A model generated the notes under the pieces. It searched no databases. It was not told where the DNA came from and saw nothing but the letters and a program-made list of their open reading frames with translations. From Phoronis australis (Eukaryota; Animalia; Phoronida): 47,108 nucleotides of DNA. How positions within the stretch are numbered: position 1 is the first letter of the stretch; each line of letters opens with the position of its first letter. The stretch spans positions 593,925 through 641,032 of the forward strand of contig NMRA01000134.1 of assembly GCA_002633005.1 (NCBI GenBank). The letters are read 5' to 3'. Below, piece by piece: positions 1 to 12,490 of this stretch. The translations under genes were made by a program, and so were the position numbers.

Positions 1-392
1 AGCTGGCTGACTGGATGGCTAGAGTCCACATTGCCCTCGGCACAGTCACTGACACCAGTTGCACCGGCAAATTTTCGTCTGACGATGACGATGACTGGGT
101 ATCACTTTGTGTTGCCTCGGCTCAAACAGGTATCCCTGGTGACCCGGCATTTCACACTAAAATTTCTTATTCCGACAATATGAAAAACGCTACTTGATTG
201 CACGCTAACACAGGACAGTGACTTTGCACCCGCCAAATACGTCACGAGACTAAGCAGCGCTCCAAGCCGGTATTTTTTTTAGCTTCGTTAGAGAATATAA
301 GTTTAATTTTTGGTGTTGAATTATTTTTGAAATTAATCAACAATTCATAGAAAACTATCCAGAATTTATTCAGAATAAATTACAGTTCCCTT
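1..392 (-). mobile_element. Possible end of a second Kolobok-like element
   Basis: Terminus-like ..CAGTTCCCTT|TTAA, and a minus-strand ATG at 150 giving MPGHQGYLFEP followed by a frameshifted Ser/acidic run. Confidence 0.3.
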
Positions 393-1691
393 TTAAGCTT
401 AGTAACCAAGCACCCACTGCAGATAAGAGGGCAATGAAATTACACAACAGGACGAAAAACCTTCTACCTTTTTTCTCAACACAAGAGCATTGGAAGATGC
501 TGAACTGTCCACAGACATAGCACAGTGACATCACTGGCTCACTGGCTGGGACAGGTGTGCAGGGCATGAGACTGTGCCAGTCCCCAGCAGAGGGTGCATT
601 CATCCAAGACCTTGTAACTTTAACCACAAAGAGTTAACAATGGAGAGGACAGGACTGATCACAGGAAAAATCTACCAACACAACCAAGGCAGGCCATACA
701 TCCTTTCCAACTGAACACATGAAGACAGCCACCCAGACATGCAAACAGACAGTTGGGTAATTACAAGTACCTCCAGCCCTACTTCAATGTCAATGTCCCA
801 TGAGTAGGAGAAAGACCTATTTGGTTTTTGAAAGTTAACCAAACAAGCTTCAAGAAAGATAGACTGGGAGATAATGGTTACTCAATGAGTGTTTTGACAG
901 CTGATGTGTTGGACACTACATAGTTTAAAGAACCTATCAGACCGGTCATCCACTGAGAAATCAAAGACAGTTTCTCCCAAAGAAACCAAAGAAACAGGTT
1001 AGTACAGTAAAGGACCTCCCCAATGGACACAAAGGAAAACTGAATAGGCCAGTGACCCCAACAGGAATAGGCCAGTCAAGTGGAGGCAATCATAAACCAC
1101 TCAATCAGAAGAATGACTTTGTCTCCCTCCTGATGGCTCTAATCTTGACCAGTGGTTGTTAGCCCCAGCACGACCCTGGCTAAACAAACACTGGTCAGTT
1201 CTAATGACCAGTGGTCCAATTGAAAAATGGGAGGACCATCTCCAATCCCATGGGACAAGGATAATGATATCAAATCAAAAAGGCACAGTTAAAAGCAGTG
1301 TTACGTAACACACCAGAACATGAAAAGCCAATCAGTGCTTTTAATCAGTTTAGCAGATTAAAAAGCCAACTAAAGTACATTACATGATTAAATGAACAAT
1401 CTGCCAGAATTCACAAGGGACAAAGGATTTTGAATAGAAAACCTGCTGAAGCAAGTTGTGAAGGCTGGTTATATGAGTGCATTGTCACTAAGACACCTTT
1501 GTTCTCATAATTACTCCAGAATTGCAGGTGAAAACCACATGGAGGTACCTGTATGAGACTACCATATTCAATCCAATGGACTACTTTTGTAGTATACATT
1601 ACCAACATAGCAGGCAGATATTCCAAAAGCAAAAAACTTAAAAAGGAGTGTCTAAATCAAAATGTAAATATGCAGAAGCAATTGAATAAAA

Positions 1692-2172
1692 CAGAGCTTG
1701 GAATGACCAATGACAAAAAACGTGGAAACTTTTACGGCCCAAAACATGCGCGCTACCCACCCTTGAAATAGTCGATGTGAACCTTTCGACGACAAAAAAG
1801 GTAGGACTAAAAAAAACCACCATCAGTAGCATGCGTCTGCGTCCTTTTATCTCGTCCATCCACTCCTCCACTCCCACCCCGACACATTTTTGGCTACAGA
1901 GCCATAGTATTTGTCGCCGCGGTTTACAATCACACGAGACGCCATTGAAAATCCCACCACGCTATCCCAGATGCCCCCGGCAATGTTGACAATTTACGGT
2001 CCTCCGCTTTTCGAGGTGAACGTCGTCTGCAACGCCGCAGTAAGAAAGGACTTTGCCGCGGAAATTTTATATCAAATCAGATTTTTTTTTACCCGGAAAT
2101 ATAATAAAATACACGGACAGAACATTTGAAAAAAGCGGAAATCCGCGTTTCCGCGGAAAATTCCAAGCCCTG
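1692..2172. mobile_element. MITE with TIR CAG(G/A)GCTTGGAAT and 6-bp TSD ATAAAA
   Basis: ATAAAA|CAGAGCTTGGAAT ... ATTCCAAGCCCTG|ATAAAA, with subterminal gcggaaa repeats. Confidence 0.75.
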
Positions 2173-3123
2173 ATAAAACAAAACTGAGCTGAAAACAATG
2201 AGAAGTATAATATATCCTTTGCATCCCAGCAGGCAACATACATTATTCTGTTTTTAGCATGTATGTAGTTGTATGTTCTGGTCAACCCAGAGAGATGTGA
2301 ACGCCAGTGAAAACCAGCCCACAAACCGAACTTATATTCAAGATGCATCGAACATGATTTTTAGGACTTTCACGTTTGACTGGAAATATTCATTTCTAAT
2401 ACAATGAAACTAAAACATACAAGTATGTGTGAATGATGTATAGTACAGACTCTGAAATAACTTGACCATACCAACTACTTATACGAAACCAAAACTTTAG
2501 TATCTGAAGCCACTTCACACGTTTTAGGAAAGTACTACCAAGCAGAAGAACAGTTGCACACTGCTGACATAATTCAATTCAAAACCGATGCCAAATCAAT
2601 TTGCACACTCTTTAAAGTTTCATCAATTAAACCAAGCAAGAAATTGAAACAAATATGCCTGCACCTGAATTAATGGACAACGATACATACAGGCTGTCGT
2701 TCAGAAATTAGAAGCATTACAAATCAACCACAATGCCTCCACTTTGGTGCAAACTGGCCAAATACCATGAAGATGATTATTACATGGCTAGTCCCTTACT
2801 GTACATGATTGGTTGAATGAGTACAACCTAATCAATAAGAGCCAATACTCACTGTTATGAAATATTACTACAGACAGCAAGAAGTGTGTGAGTGTGTGTA
2901 TGAGCATGCTGTTGATAAGACGATGGGGGAGGACAATGGTTTTAGAACTAAATCGCCCATAAGTCATATCTAAAACTCTCCCTGAACCGTGATGTCGTAC
3001 CGCCCCAAGTTTGGTGAATTTTTTTCTCAAAGCAACGAAAATAAATGGTATATGAATGTAAATTGAAAAATGATCATTTCATATTTCCTTGGCAAGTATC
3101 AGTGCTCCAAAAATAAAAGGCTA

Positions 3124-4473
3124 CCGTATTCCCCATAATAACCGCCCATGCCCCTATAAGCGCCCCCCACGCATTTTCAGACTTTGCTAAAATAAGTGCC
3201 CAGTCCATGAACGTGTACGTGCGAAAAATGCCTTACCTACAGTCCTAAAAGTCAACAATAACGTCTTTAATTTATCAATAATATCCGACAGTCCTGAAAA
3301 AATTATTGTGCGCAGAATTTGTAGACCACGAGCCTCGCCGTTATGTCGGTATTTAGCCTTGACTATACACTTCAAACTTGCGGCATGCCTCAAAACGAAC
3401 ACACTTCTGCTAACATTGCGAGGACCAATGGTCTGGCCCTTCAGAACAGAAGTAGTGTACTTGTCTACGGGATTGCTTTGTAGATATTCCCGCATTCAAC
3501 AGGAATCCAAATTTCTTTGTAGGCCTACATGTGAAAACCGCGAATCGAAGACTAATAAACAGCTTGGCCAGTGTTAAAAGCACGTGGCCAAGAAGCGCGC
3601 GGTATATACATGAACCTGTCATCAAAGGCATTAGTCGGGAACTACCCATTCATGAAACGGGTAGCATAGCATCAGCAAGAAATGAATATTGGCACTAATT
3701 TCCGACAGTTTCTCATACTATAAAAAATGTTTGCGTTATTTTTAAAATGAATTGTTTGATTGACCATAATTGGTGTTTTTAAGCCAAATATCGGATAAAA
3801 TAACCACTGACAGAGAATGCTTACACACCCTTACACTGAAAAATAACTGTCAGATAGTCACGTACGCATCCAGCCACACGGCGACTAATGTGGCCTTACC
3901 GAAACAAATGTCGAACGTTTTTAGCTCGCTTTCTCACAAACACAGACAACTTCAAAACAAATGTCACGTGACAACAACATGTGTGTTCGTCTAGACATTT
4001 TTCTCATGTTGCCGATCATACATATAGATGGCAGGAGTCAGCACAGATTTGTACTTAAACCTGCCATGATCCCTGACTCCATGGGAACTTAAAAATCTTA
4101 GGAACGCCAAACTTGGAAAACTTAAGGGTTTCAGGTAATTTGTTTGAGTCGTAACTGTATTTTTATTCAAGCATTCAAGTTGCCATATCCACGATTACGA
4201 GGCAGGCAGTCGGCGAGTTTTAGCCCTGGGATTTCAGCACAATTTTCTGTAAAATGATCGTAATTTAGCAGCAAAGTTTGATAGCAATGCGCCATGGTTT
4301 TGTAGAAAGTCTTTCATAGATTACGGACACGTCACAGAGCGTAAACATATTGAATCTTAGCTTCCGATTTCACCTGTTTCAGAGACCGGGTTTCAACGGC
4401 CTTGGGTTATAATAAGCGCCCCAATGAAACAAACTTTTCTAAGCGCCCTGGGCATTTATTTCGGCGAATACGG
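3124..4473. mobile_element. pogo/Tc1-mariner-like non-autonomous element, copy 1
   Basis: TA|CCGTATTCCCC ... GGCGAATACGG|TA, with subterminal ataagcgccc motifs and long homology to 5328-6178 and 6827-9807. Confidence 0.8.
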
Positions 4474-5327
4474 TACCCTGAATGAAAAAGGTAAAACCTG
4501 AAGTCGCTAAATCAAAGTTGACTTCGCAATTTTTTTCAGTTCCATAAATGCCCAATAAAAACTAATTTCAAGACAGGAGTTGAGACTGTTTTAACGGAAC
4601 ACCATGAAGTGAAATCAGCTAGACAGAATTCGCTCACTTTGCCCCTCATATTTGTCGCGAAATTGACAATTCAAGGAAAAGAACCACTCCATCTGGAAGT
4701 TGTTTACTTTCTCTTATTGCTGATCATTTTGAGCATAAGTTTTGTCACCATGCTCTAATGGCGAACTTTGTCAGACTGATTTTCAAAATATCCTGTCCAG
4801 GACCAAGAGAAAACAGCAAAAATCTTTGCACTGGTGAGCTACAGGTCCCCAAATTGAGGCCTGTTCAAAGATACCCTTGAAAACAGTAACAAATGATGGT
4901 CTCGCTTGCAGAAGAAGCCATGAACTTATTCATTACCATATTCAATTTTTGTGTGATGACATGAAATGTTTAAAGCTGTGATTGGCCAATAACAACAAAT
5001 GATTTTCCCAAATTCTAATTGCCCACAACCTATATGACGTTGTTTCACGAAAAGAGTAAAAAGTTATATTTCAATACATAAATGTGTGGGAAAAGTTTGT
5101 AACAAACAGTATAAGGAAATTTTGAAGACACCTTTGGTAAGTTGAGCAACTAAAATTTGGAAGTCACCTTTGGTGAAACAAGTTTCAGATGAGGTTGTAT
5201 TTTGCAAGCTGGTCCTCAACAAATTAGAAGCTGCCTAAAAAGACACTACAAAAGTTGTCACATGATTCCGATGTTGTCACTTCAGATGTCACCTCATTTG
5301 CCATGTCAGTCATTGCAGATTGAAGTA

Positions 5328-6178
5328 CCGTATTCGCCCCTATAAGCACCCCCATGCGTTTTCAGCCTTCGGTAAAAGAAGCACCCAGCCAAGGAACGTG
5401 TACACATTTGAAAAGTACCTTACCTAGAGTTAAAAAATTCAACAGTAACATCGTCACTTTATCAATGATATCCAACAATCCTGAAATCATTGTGTGCCAA
5501 CTTTCTAGACCACGAGCCTCGCCGGTATGTCGGCATTTAGCCGTGAATATACACTTCAAACTTATGCAGTGTCCCACTATGGTCTGGCCTTTCAGAACAG
5601 ACAGTGTACTTGTCAACGGGAGTGAATCTCGCTCACTCGGCACCCACTCACGCAGCCGAACTTCAAAACAAACATCACGTGACAACAACATATGTGTTCG
5701 TCCAGATTTTTTTCATGTTGCTGGGTGCGATCTAGTGCAGATTTGGACTTAATCTGTGGTTAACCTCAACCCCACAGAAACTTAAAAATCTTAGGGACGT
5801 TATTTGGAAAACTTAAGGAGCATTTCACGTAATTTGTTGAGTCGAAACTGTATATTTATTCAAGAATTCAAGTTGCCCTATTGATGATCGCGAGACAATG
5901 ACCCATCAGTCGGCAAGTTTTCGCCCTAGGATTTCCCCACAATTTTCTGAAAAAGGATCGTAATTTAACAACGAAGTTTGGTAACAATGCAACACAGTTT
6001 TGTGGAAAGTCTGTCATAGCCTACAAATACATCACAGAGCGTAAATTTGATAAACCCTAGCTTCAGATTTCACCACTTTCGGAGACTAGGTTTCAACCGC
6101 CTTAGGATACAATAAGCGACTCCCCCTCCCGAAACGAATTTTTGTAACCGCCCTGGGCACTTATTAGGGCGAATATGG
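5328..6178. mobile_element. pogo/Tc1-mariner-like non-autonomous element, copy 2 (internally deleted)
   Basis: TA|CCGTATTCGCCCC ... GGGCGAATATGG. Shares tagaccacgagcctcgccg, tggtctggcc and cttaaaaatcttagg with copy 1. Confidence 0.78.
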
Positions 6179-6826
6179 AACTTATCTCAGCCCAGTTATC
6201 TAGACTGCCATTGACTTTGAGAAAAATATGCTAAAATAAGAATCTGAACTGCGTCAATGCATCATAAGTGTCAATGCTGTATTACAACAGCCATGTGCAG
6301 ACTGTGAAGTGAACGAGGGCCCTTTGCAACAGCAGCATCAGAGTCACTTGCTATGTCAACTACACGTCATTAAATATTTCAGCAAAAGAATTTAGTCATG
6401 GTTTTGGACGAAAAGTAAATCGTTTTAAGATCTATTTTCAAATGTTAATTGGGTCACTTGCGGTCCAATTTATTGTTCGTGCTACTGATAAAACTTCTAC
6501 ACGCGCGTACAGAAATCGATTCATGATGACCGCCAGTTTGAAGTTTTTTTGACACGAACAGAAAACCAATACCTATTAGATTTCATTTCAAAGGTCAATG
6601 GCACATGAATACACCCTGCAATGAACACAGCCAGTTGACGAGTTGTCCACCTCAGTGTTCTCCACAATACCAATTCCAAACTCAACACAAATTTCTAGAG
6701 TTCAGTATCAGTAGTCAACACTAACTTTTCTCTTGTAGCCTTTTAAAACATCTCCGCAGGAGGTATTTACATATGTTTCAAAAATGTGCATTGAACTGGT
6801 CAGGTGTGACCTACTTTTTAACACTA

Positions 6827-9807
6827 TAGGGCTTACATGTGAAAACCGCTTGTGACTGTCTCAGGAATTAAAAACTTGTTGTTAAAAGCACGTGACCAGG
6901 AAGCGCGCGCTACATACCTGTCACTTAACATCGAAGACAAATCATTAGTCTTGGGGAACTATCGATGAAACTACGCCAGGTATTATCGGCAACAAAAAAA
7001 TATCAGGCACTAATTTTAGAAAGTTTCTAATGCCGTAAAACTGTGTTGCATTGTTTTTAAGAGAGATTGCTTTATTAACCACTTTTTCAATGTATTCATA
7101 ATAATTGGTGTTTTGAAAGTAAAATACCCGATAAAATGCCCCACTGATAGTGGACACCTCCGCCCCCCGGAAACAACTCAGACTGTCACACATCCAGTCA
7201 CCCGGCGACTCAACGACATTCGGACTTAGGCCCTACCAAGACAATTCTCGCACGTTTTAATAGTAGATGTGATCAGCAAGTGCTAAATAAAAGGCGTTCA
7301 CGTGTTATTTCTTTTGTAACAATGCACACCTCCGGGAAATGAACGCTGATGACACGCACACGCTCGCTCACTCACACACGCAGACCATCTTCAAAACAAA
7401 GGTCACGTGACTATGACACGTGTGTTCGAGCAGATTTTTTGCGCAGATTTAAACCAATCTAGTTCATAATACCCACTCCACAGGAACTTAAAATCTTAGG
7501 GACGCTACTTGGAAAACTTAAGTGAGGATTTGAGGTAATGTGTTGAGTCGAAACTATATTTTTCAGTGTTCTCCACGACCACTTTTAACGTGTCGCAGCG
7601 TCCTGTTTGGCCGAGCGCGCGTCCTGTTTAAGTGTCCCGCGTCCTGTTTAAAAATCCAGCGTCCTGTTTAAAAATCCCGCAACCAGTTTAAAAATATAGG
7701 TTCTACTTTGTAAAAAAGACGTCGTCGTCATTAATAAGTTCTTCACTGGTTCAAATTACGCTTGACAGCAACTGGCCATAGCCCATTAAAACTGAATAAA
7801 GGCTAAGCCTAAGGAAGTCGGTGGTCCGTTGTGGACAGCCTAGTCACCGGACTCACTCAAGCGGCAGACTGGGCCGCAAGTCTATGATGTAACGCGGCAT
7901 GTAAATAATCTCTCGATTATCTTTTCAATTCATCCCGAACAACTAGTCAATTTAAACAAAGGCCCAATGCTACCTATACGCCTAATCCACTACCTGCTCA
8001 CTGGAAGTGCAGTCCGGCACGAAAGTCGCTGATCGTTGCGTTAGGCCTTTTCGCTTTTGCAGTCACCTTTTTGTGTTCTGCGGAGAACTAATCATATTAC
8101 CCATTGAAAATAAAATAATTAAGGCTCGGTGGTTAGTTCTGCGAAGTGTATGTTGTCAGCAAAGACACCGTTGCGCAGCCGTTTATGCAACGGCCGTCTT
8201 CTGTGAGGCCAGAATTTTGGTTTTCGTAGCACATTTTTCAATATTCCATGGGTCCCACGACAGACTTTACCGATACCAGTCTCAAAAACATTTGCATGAA
8301 ACTGCCTTTGATGGTTCTCATTGGTTGTTGTTTGTGTATTTCTCACTTTGATGAATATTATTGGTTACTTTTTGTGCCACCGGCCCATTGAGATTGACCG
8401 AGTTCATCTCGTTGCCTTATAAGGAGTTTCGTTGGCAGCATGAACATTATGTTTGTGGCGCATACTCCCTCTAAAAATCTGCCGAGCCGTTCGCAAACTC
8501 AACTTCGACAGTGGCTGTGACGTTTGCGGTTTCGGGGGAGTATTCCGAGATTTGGGACAGCGGGTAACGTCACTGAGTAAAGTTCAAAGTATATGTGTTT
8601 CGCGCCCAGAAATTGCAGCCAAAATCACGTGCTCTCATTGAAATCAAGCGGTAATATCTCGCGTAATCTCGCAGAGTTTTGTTTACCTAGCGTGGTCCTT
8701 ATGTTAGTGAATTCTATCCTGGCTTCCGTTACCAATTGACATGCGCATTCTACATACTTAGAAAATTATGGGAATTCCATAGTTGCAAGCGTTTGATAAT
8801 TCAGTTGATATCTTTTTAGAAATAATGGTTGTCATCAACAGGCCTGACACTCCCGTCCAAGTAGGCCTAGCTAGATGGAAAACGCAAGTGAATTGTTTTG
8901 TTTACCCTACCTAATTTGCATTCAAGGGGGACTCGCGCGTATTGTGCAGTTTTTACAAGAGTTCTGGTAGTGCAGAAGTGCAATATGTTGTACCAGCTTC
9001 AGAACATCGAATTCAGACTGTAAGAATGTGCAAGATATTTCAGGTACAGACTGAGAGAAAACATAAACTCTGCTATCAAGACATAAAAATGTGACTGACT
9101 TAACAAAGACACTTCACTTGGACTGTCTACGTCATAGGAAAAGTTTACTTCTGTGTTAGACTTTTTGTACTTAGTTGACATTGACATCATTATTGAGTAG
9201 CCTAAAACATTTCCCAATACTGTATCAAACACTCTGTAGACTTCCATTTCAAAGTCATTGACTAAGCAAATCGGTTATGACATATGTGATATGTTTGCAA
9301 ATAAGTCCAACTTTTAAAAATAAAAAGTTGAATACACACAGTTATTTGTTTGCACTACTGTTCATTACTATTAAAATGAGTGGGTAAAAATAAGGTGCAC
9401 AAAAAACTGCACACTAGCTTATGGAGAACGTTGACCGCCGCGCGGTTCCGGCACGTTGCAGTTTTTACGCGTGCGACCTGTTTAGATTTGTAGTTGTGGA
9501 GAACACTGTTTTTATTCAAGCTGGCCCTGTCGACGATCTCTAGGCAGCGGCGCAGTCGGCGAGTTTTCACCCTTGGATTTCAGCACAATTTTTGGTAGAA
9601 TGATCGTTATTTAACAATGACGAAGTTTGATAGCGATGCGCCACAGTTTTGTTGTTTTATTGAAAGCCTGTCACAAGCTACAGATACATCACACAGCATA
9701 AATTTGATGATTTCTAGCTTCCGATTTCACCCGTTTCGGAGACAGGGTATCCGCCTTGGGTTACAATAAGCGCCCCCGCCCCGGGGACCTTAATACGGCA
9801 AGTACGG
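6827..9807. mobile_element. pogo-like element, copy 3 (5'-truncated, interrupted at 7564-9508)
   Basis: Homology to copy 1 starts at tacatgtgaaaaccgc, resumes after the insert at tttttattcaag, and ends ..aagtacgg. Confidence 0.72.
7564..9508. mobile_element. CAG-ended TIR element with 5-bp TSD (hAT-like), inner
   Basis: TIR CAGTGTTCTCCAC / GTGGAGAACACTG. TSD TTTTT, with the empty site visible in copy 1 near 4155. Subterminal gcgtcctgttt repeats at 7598-7690. Confidence 0.8.
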
Positions 9808-10272
9808 TGCTGTTTAACTGCCTCTTACTAAAGTAAACTAGATGTTTACTGTTGGTAAAATCAGGCTCTGATTAGATGCTGAGGGTTGCAGTACCACGTC
9901 ATCCACGGTTTTAAACCTGGCACGACAATTTTTAAACTCGACGCGCTTTCCCCAAACTCGACGCCGCAAAATCCAAACTCGTTACCGTGTCGAGTCAAAA
10001 CAGGTCGTGGAGAACACTTCACCTGTATGCAAGCGAGTGTGAACAGAGTGTGAAGGCCTGTCTGGATAATAAACACCATGGAATACGGTGTAACATCATT
10101 CAGACAGGTGAAACAGGTGTCTACCTGTAAAATAACATGCTCATTACTTTGGGAAAGTAGTCAGGAAAATTCAATTAATCTAATCACGGATTAAGAATGT
10201 TTTGTTTTAAGGTAGGGTTTCTATACCCATATCTCCAACAAAACCAGGAGACGGTGCACTTCACAACATATA

Positions 10273-10690
10273 CAAGGTACCTAAACCATACGGTTAACGG
10301 ATTTATAAACACGGTCACGGACGCATGAACCCGACTCACAGACCTGCAAACACCGTCGGCTGACTCACAAACACGGGAACGGACTGACAAAACACGATCC
10401 ATTCACCCAAATACACAGGACACACGGACTCATATTCACCAGGAAACGCGTTTAATGGACCACTAAACACGGGTCACGGACTCATCAGCTGACATCTACA
10501 TTTTGTCCGTTAACCGTGTTTCTTCGTGAAAGTGAGTCCGTGTCCCGTGTACTTGGGTGAATGGATAGTGTTTTGTGAGTCTGTTCCCGTGTTTGTGAGT
10601 CAGTGGACAGTGTTTGCAGGTACGTGAGTCGTGTTCATGCATCCGTGACCGTGTTTATGAGTCCGTTAACCGTGTAGTTTAGGTACCTTG
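10273..10690. mobile_element. Fold-back MITE with ~160-bp inverted arms
   Basis: caaggtacctaaac..cggttaacgga..cacggtcacgga is mirrored by tccgtgaccgtg..tccgttaaccg..gtttaggtaccttg. Confidence 0.85.
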
Positions 10691-11780
10691 ATATAGCGCA
10701 GCACCTTCTGCTGTGCCTCGTCTTCGACATATAATTTTAATGTAACAACCGCAATGCTTAAGAACACGCATGCTCAAAACCGCAAAAATTGTTGAAGTTC
10801 ATCCAGCAGCCCACCACTTTTAACACCTGAAAACATTTCATCCAGCCAGAGTAATTTTTTTGTCTAATCCCAGCCCCACAACACTCAATCTCAGTGGAAT
10901 TTTCCAAAATGCAATAGTCACATCTTGTGCAAAATTATGTCTTTATTTTCCATTGCATCATTTATTTGACAAATATTGAGTTCATGGAGATGAATTCTAT
11001 TGATTTCAATTACGTAGCTAATCCCTACCGGTTAGTTTCAGGCCTTTAGAGTTTTGACGCCTATAGCAATTTTGAACATTGATTTTCTTCAGTAAGTTCG
11101 TCGATTCGCATGAAATTTTCAACTTATTTCATGGTCTATGGTCAAGAGAAACATCTCAGATTTTCCATATTGTCTGTAAGAATATCTAATACAAATATTT
11201 AAGTTGCACACACTCGCGCTTTTGAGAAATTTATGTTTGTACCAAAAATAATTTTCATAAAAAATCAAAGTCACTTGGTTATAAACGATCGATTGTGTGA
11301 CGTTTTAAGGTATGACTTATAGAATTAATATTATTAGGTCATCAAGGATTTTGAAAAACTTATGGGTTGAAGATAGACAGTTAAAAAGTTATTTGACGAA
11401 ACATGAACGGACTTCAGGAAGACCAATTACCTTAAGTCACATTTTCCAGTCTAGAGGAGAATTACTGTGCACGATTCCCCTCAACAAATTTGAACACAGC
11501 ACAAGAACACTCTCATAACCATCATCACCATTCTTAGTTGTCAACTGTCACCATTTACAATTTATTCCCGTCATCTTAAAGTGACATTAAAACTTCAGTC
11601 TTTAGCTAACACAATAATGATAATTTGCCTTACGATGATGAATAAATAATGTTAATGCTGGACAAGTTATTTTTAGTTGGTGCCATATTAAAACTGATGG
11701 ATCTCTCATCAAAGAGGAATAGAACCTTGGTTATATTTCAGCATAATTAATTCTTTCAAGGTACATATGGAGTTGCTTAA

Positions 11781-12288
11781 AGGCCCTTTAACACTAACGC
11801 GTCGATGTTTTGGGCAGTTGTAAAGGGATAACGCCAGTCCTGGGTCAAAGTTAACATGACCTGCTAACTTCGCAGTAAACAAGTGGATTTAACATCGGAG
11901 CGTTGACGCTGCAGTGTAGTATGAACAATCAACTTCGGTCCCATCGAAGTTATCGCCAGGGGCCACTGTTATCGTCAACAATTAAAAGGCAATGTCGTTG
12001 CTAATTGTCGCTTATATTTTGCTGGAATAATCACAAATCGAATTCGAATTCGAAACAAGTTTAATGTCAATTAGCACATGTAAATGTTCCCAAATCATCA
12101 CGTTAAAAAAACTTAGCGTAAGCATGCTGCATCAGCGCTATCTTGTGATTACTTCGATGACAACAGCGTCACCTACCGTTTACTTCGATGTCCGTTAACT
12201 ACCGAAGCCGGTACGAACGGTTCAGTTAACTTCGCAGTGTACCTGGATACTCCACTCAGACCGGAGTTAAATCAGTATGAAAGGGCCT
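11781..12288. mobile_element. PIF/Harbinger-like MITE, copy 1
   Basis: Ends AGGCCCTTTAACACT / AGTATGAAAGGGCCT. An inverted homologue lies at 29264-29781. Confidence 0.7.
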
Positions 12289-12290
12289 GA

Positions 12291-12490
12291 ATTCAGTACT
12301 TGCACACTTTGGTGGCATTGCAAAAAATTATTGTTGTGCATTGTTGTTTAGGACACAATGCCTCATTTTAGCATCAATGTTAACAACGCAAGCGTGAAAG
12401 CATGCGTGTTCCAAACACGCTGAACCATTGTAGTTTGGACACAACACCTAACTTTTAAGTATAATGGCGAATTTGTGCAAGTAGTGAATA
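12291..12490. mobile_element. Short MITE with TIR ATTCACTACTTGCACA, copy 1
   Basis: attcagtacttgcaca ... tgtgcaagtagtgaata. A second copy lies at 21518-21705. Confidence 0.7.

Larger units (their letters stand above)
6653..10019. mobile_element. CAG-ended TIR element with 5-bp TSD (hAT-like), outer
   Basis: CACCT|CAGTGTTCTCCAC ... GTGGAGAACACTt|CACCT, with subterminal aaactcgacgc repeats. Confidence 0.7.

Noticed and set aside
8007-9247. Transposase remnant inside the inner hAT-like element
   Set aside because: No convincing BED/TTF finger or DDE motifs could be read in the frames examined; blastx is needed.
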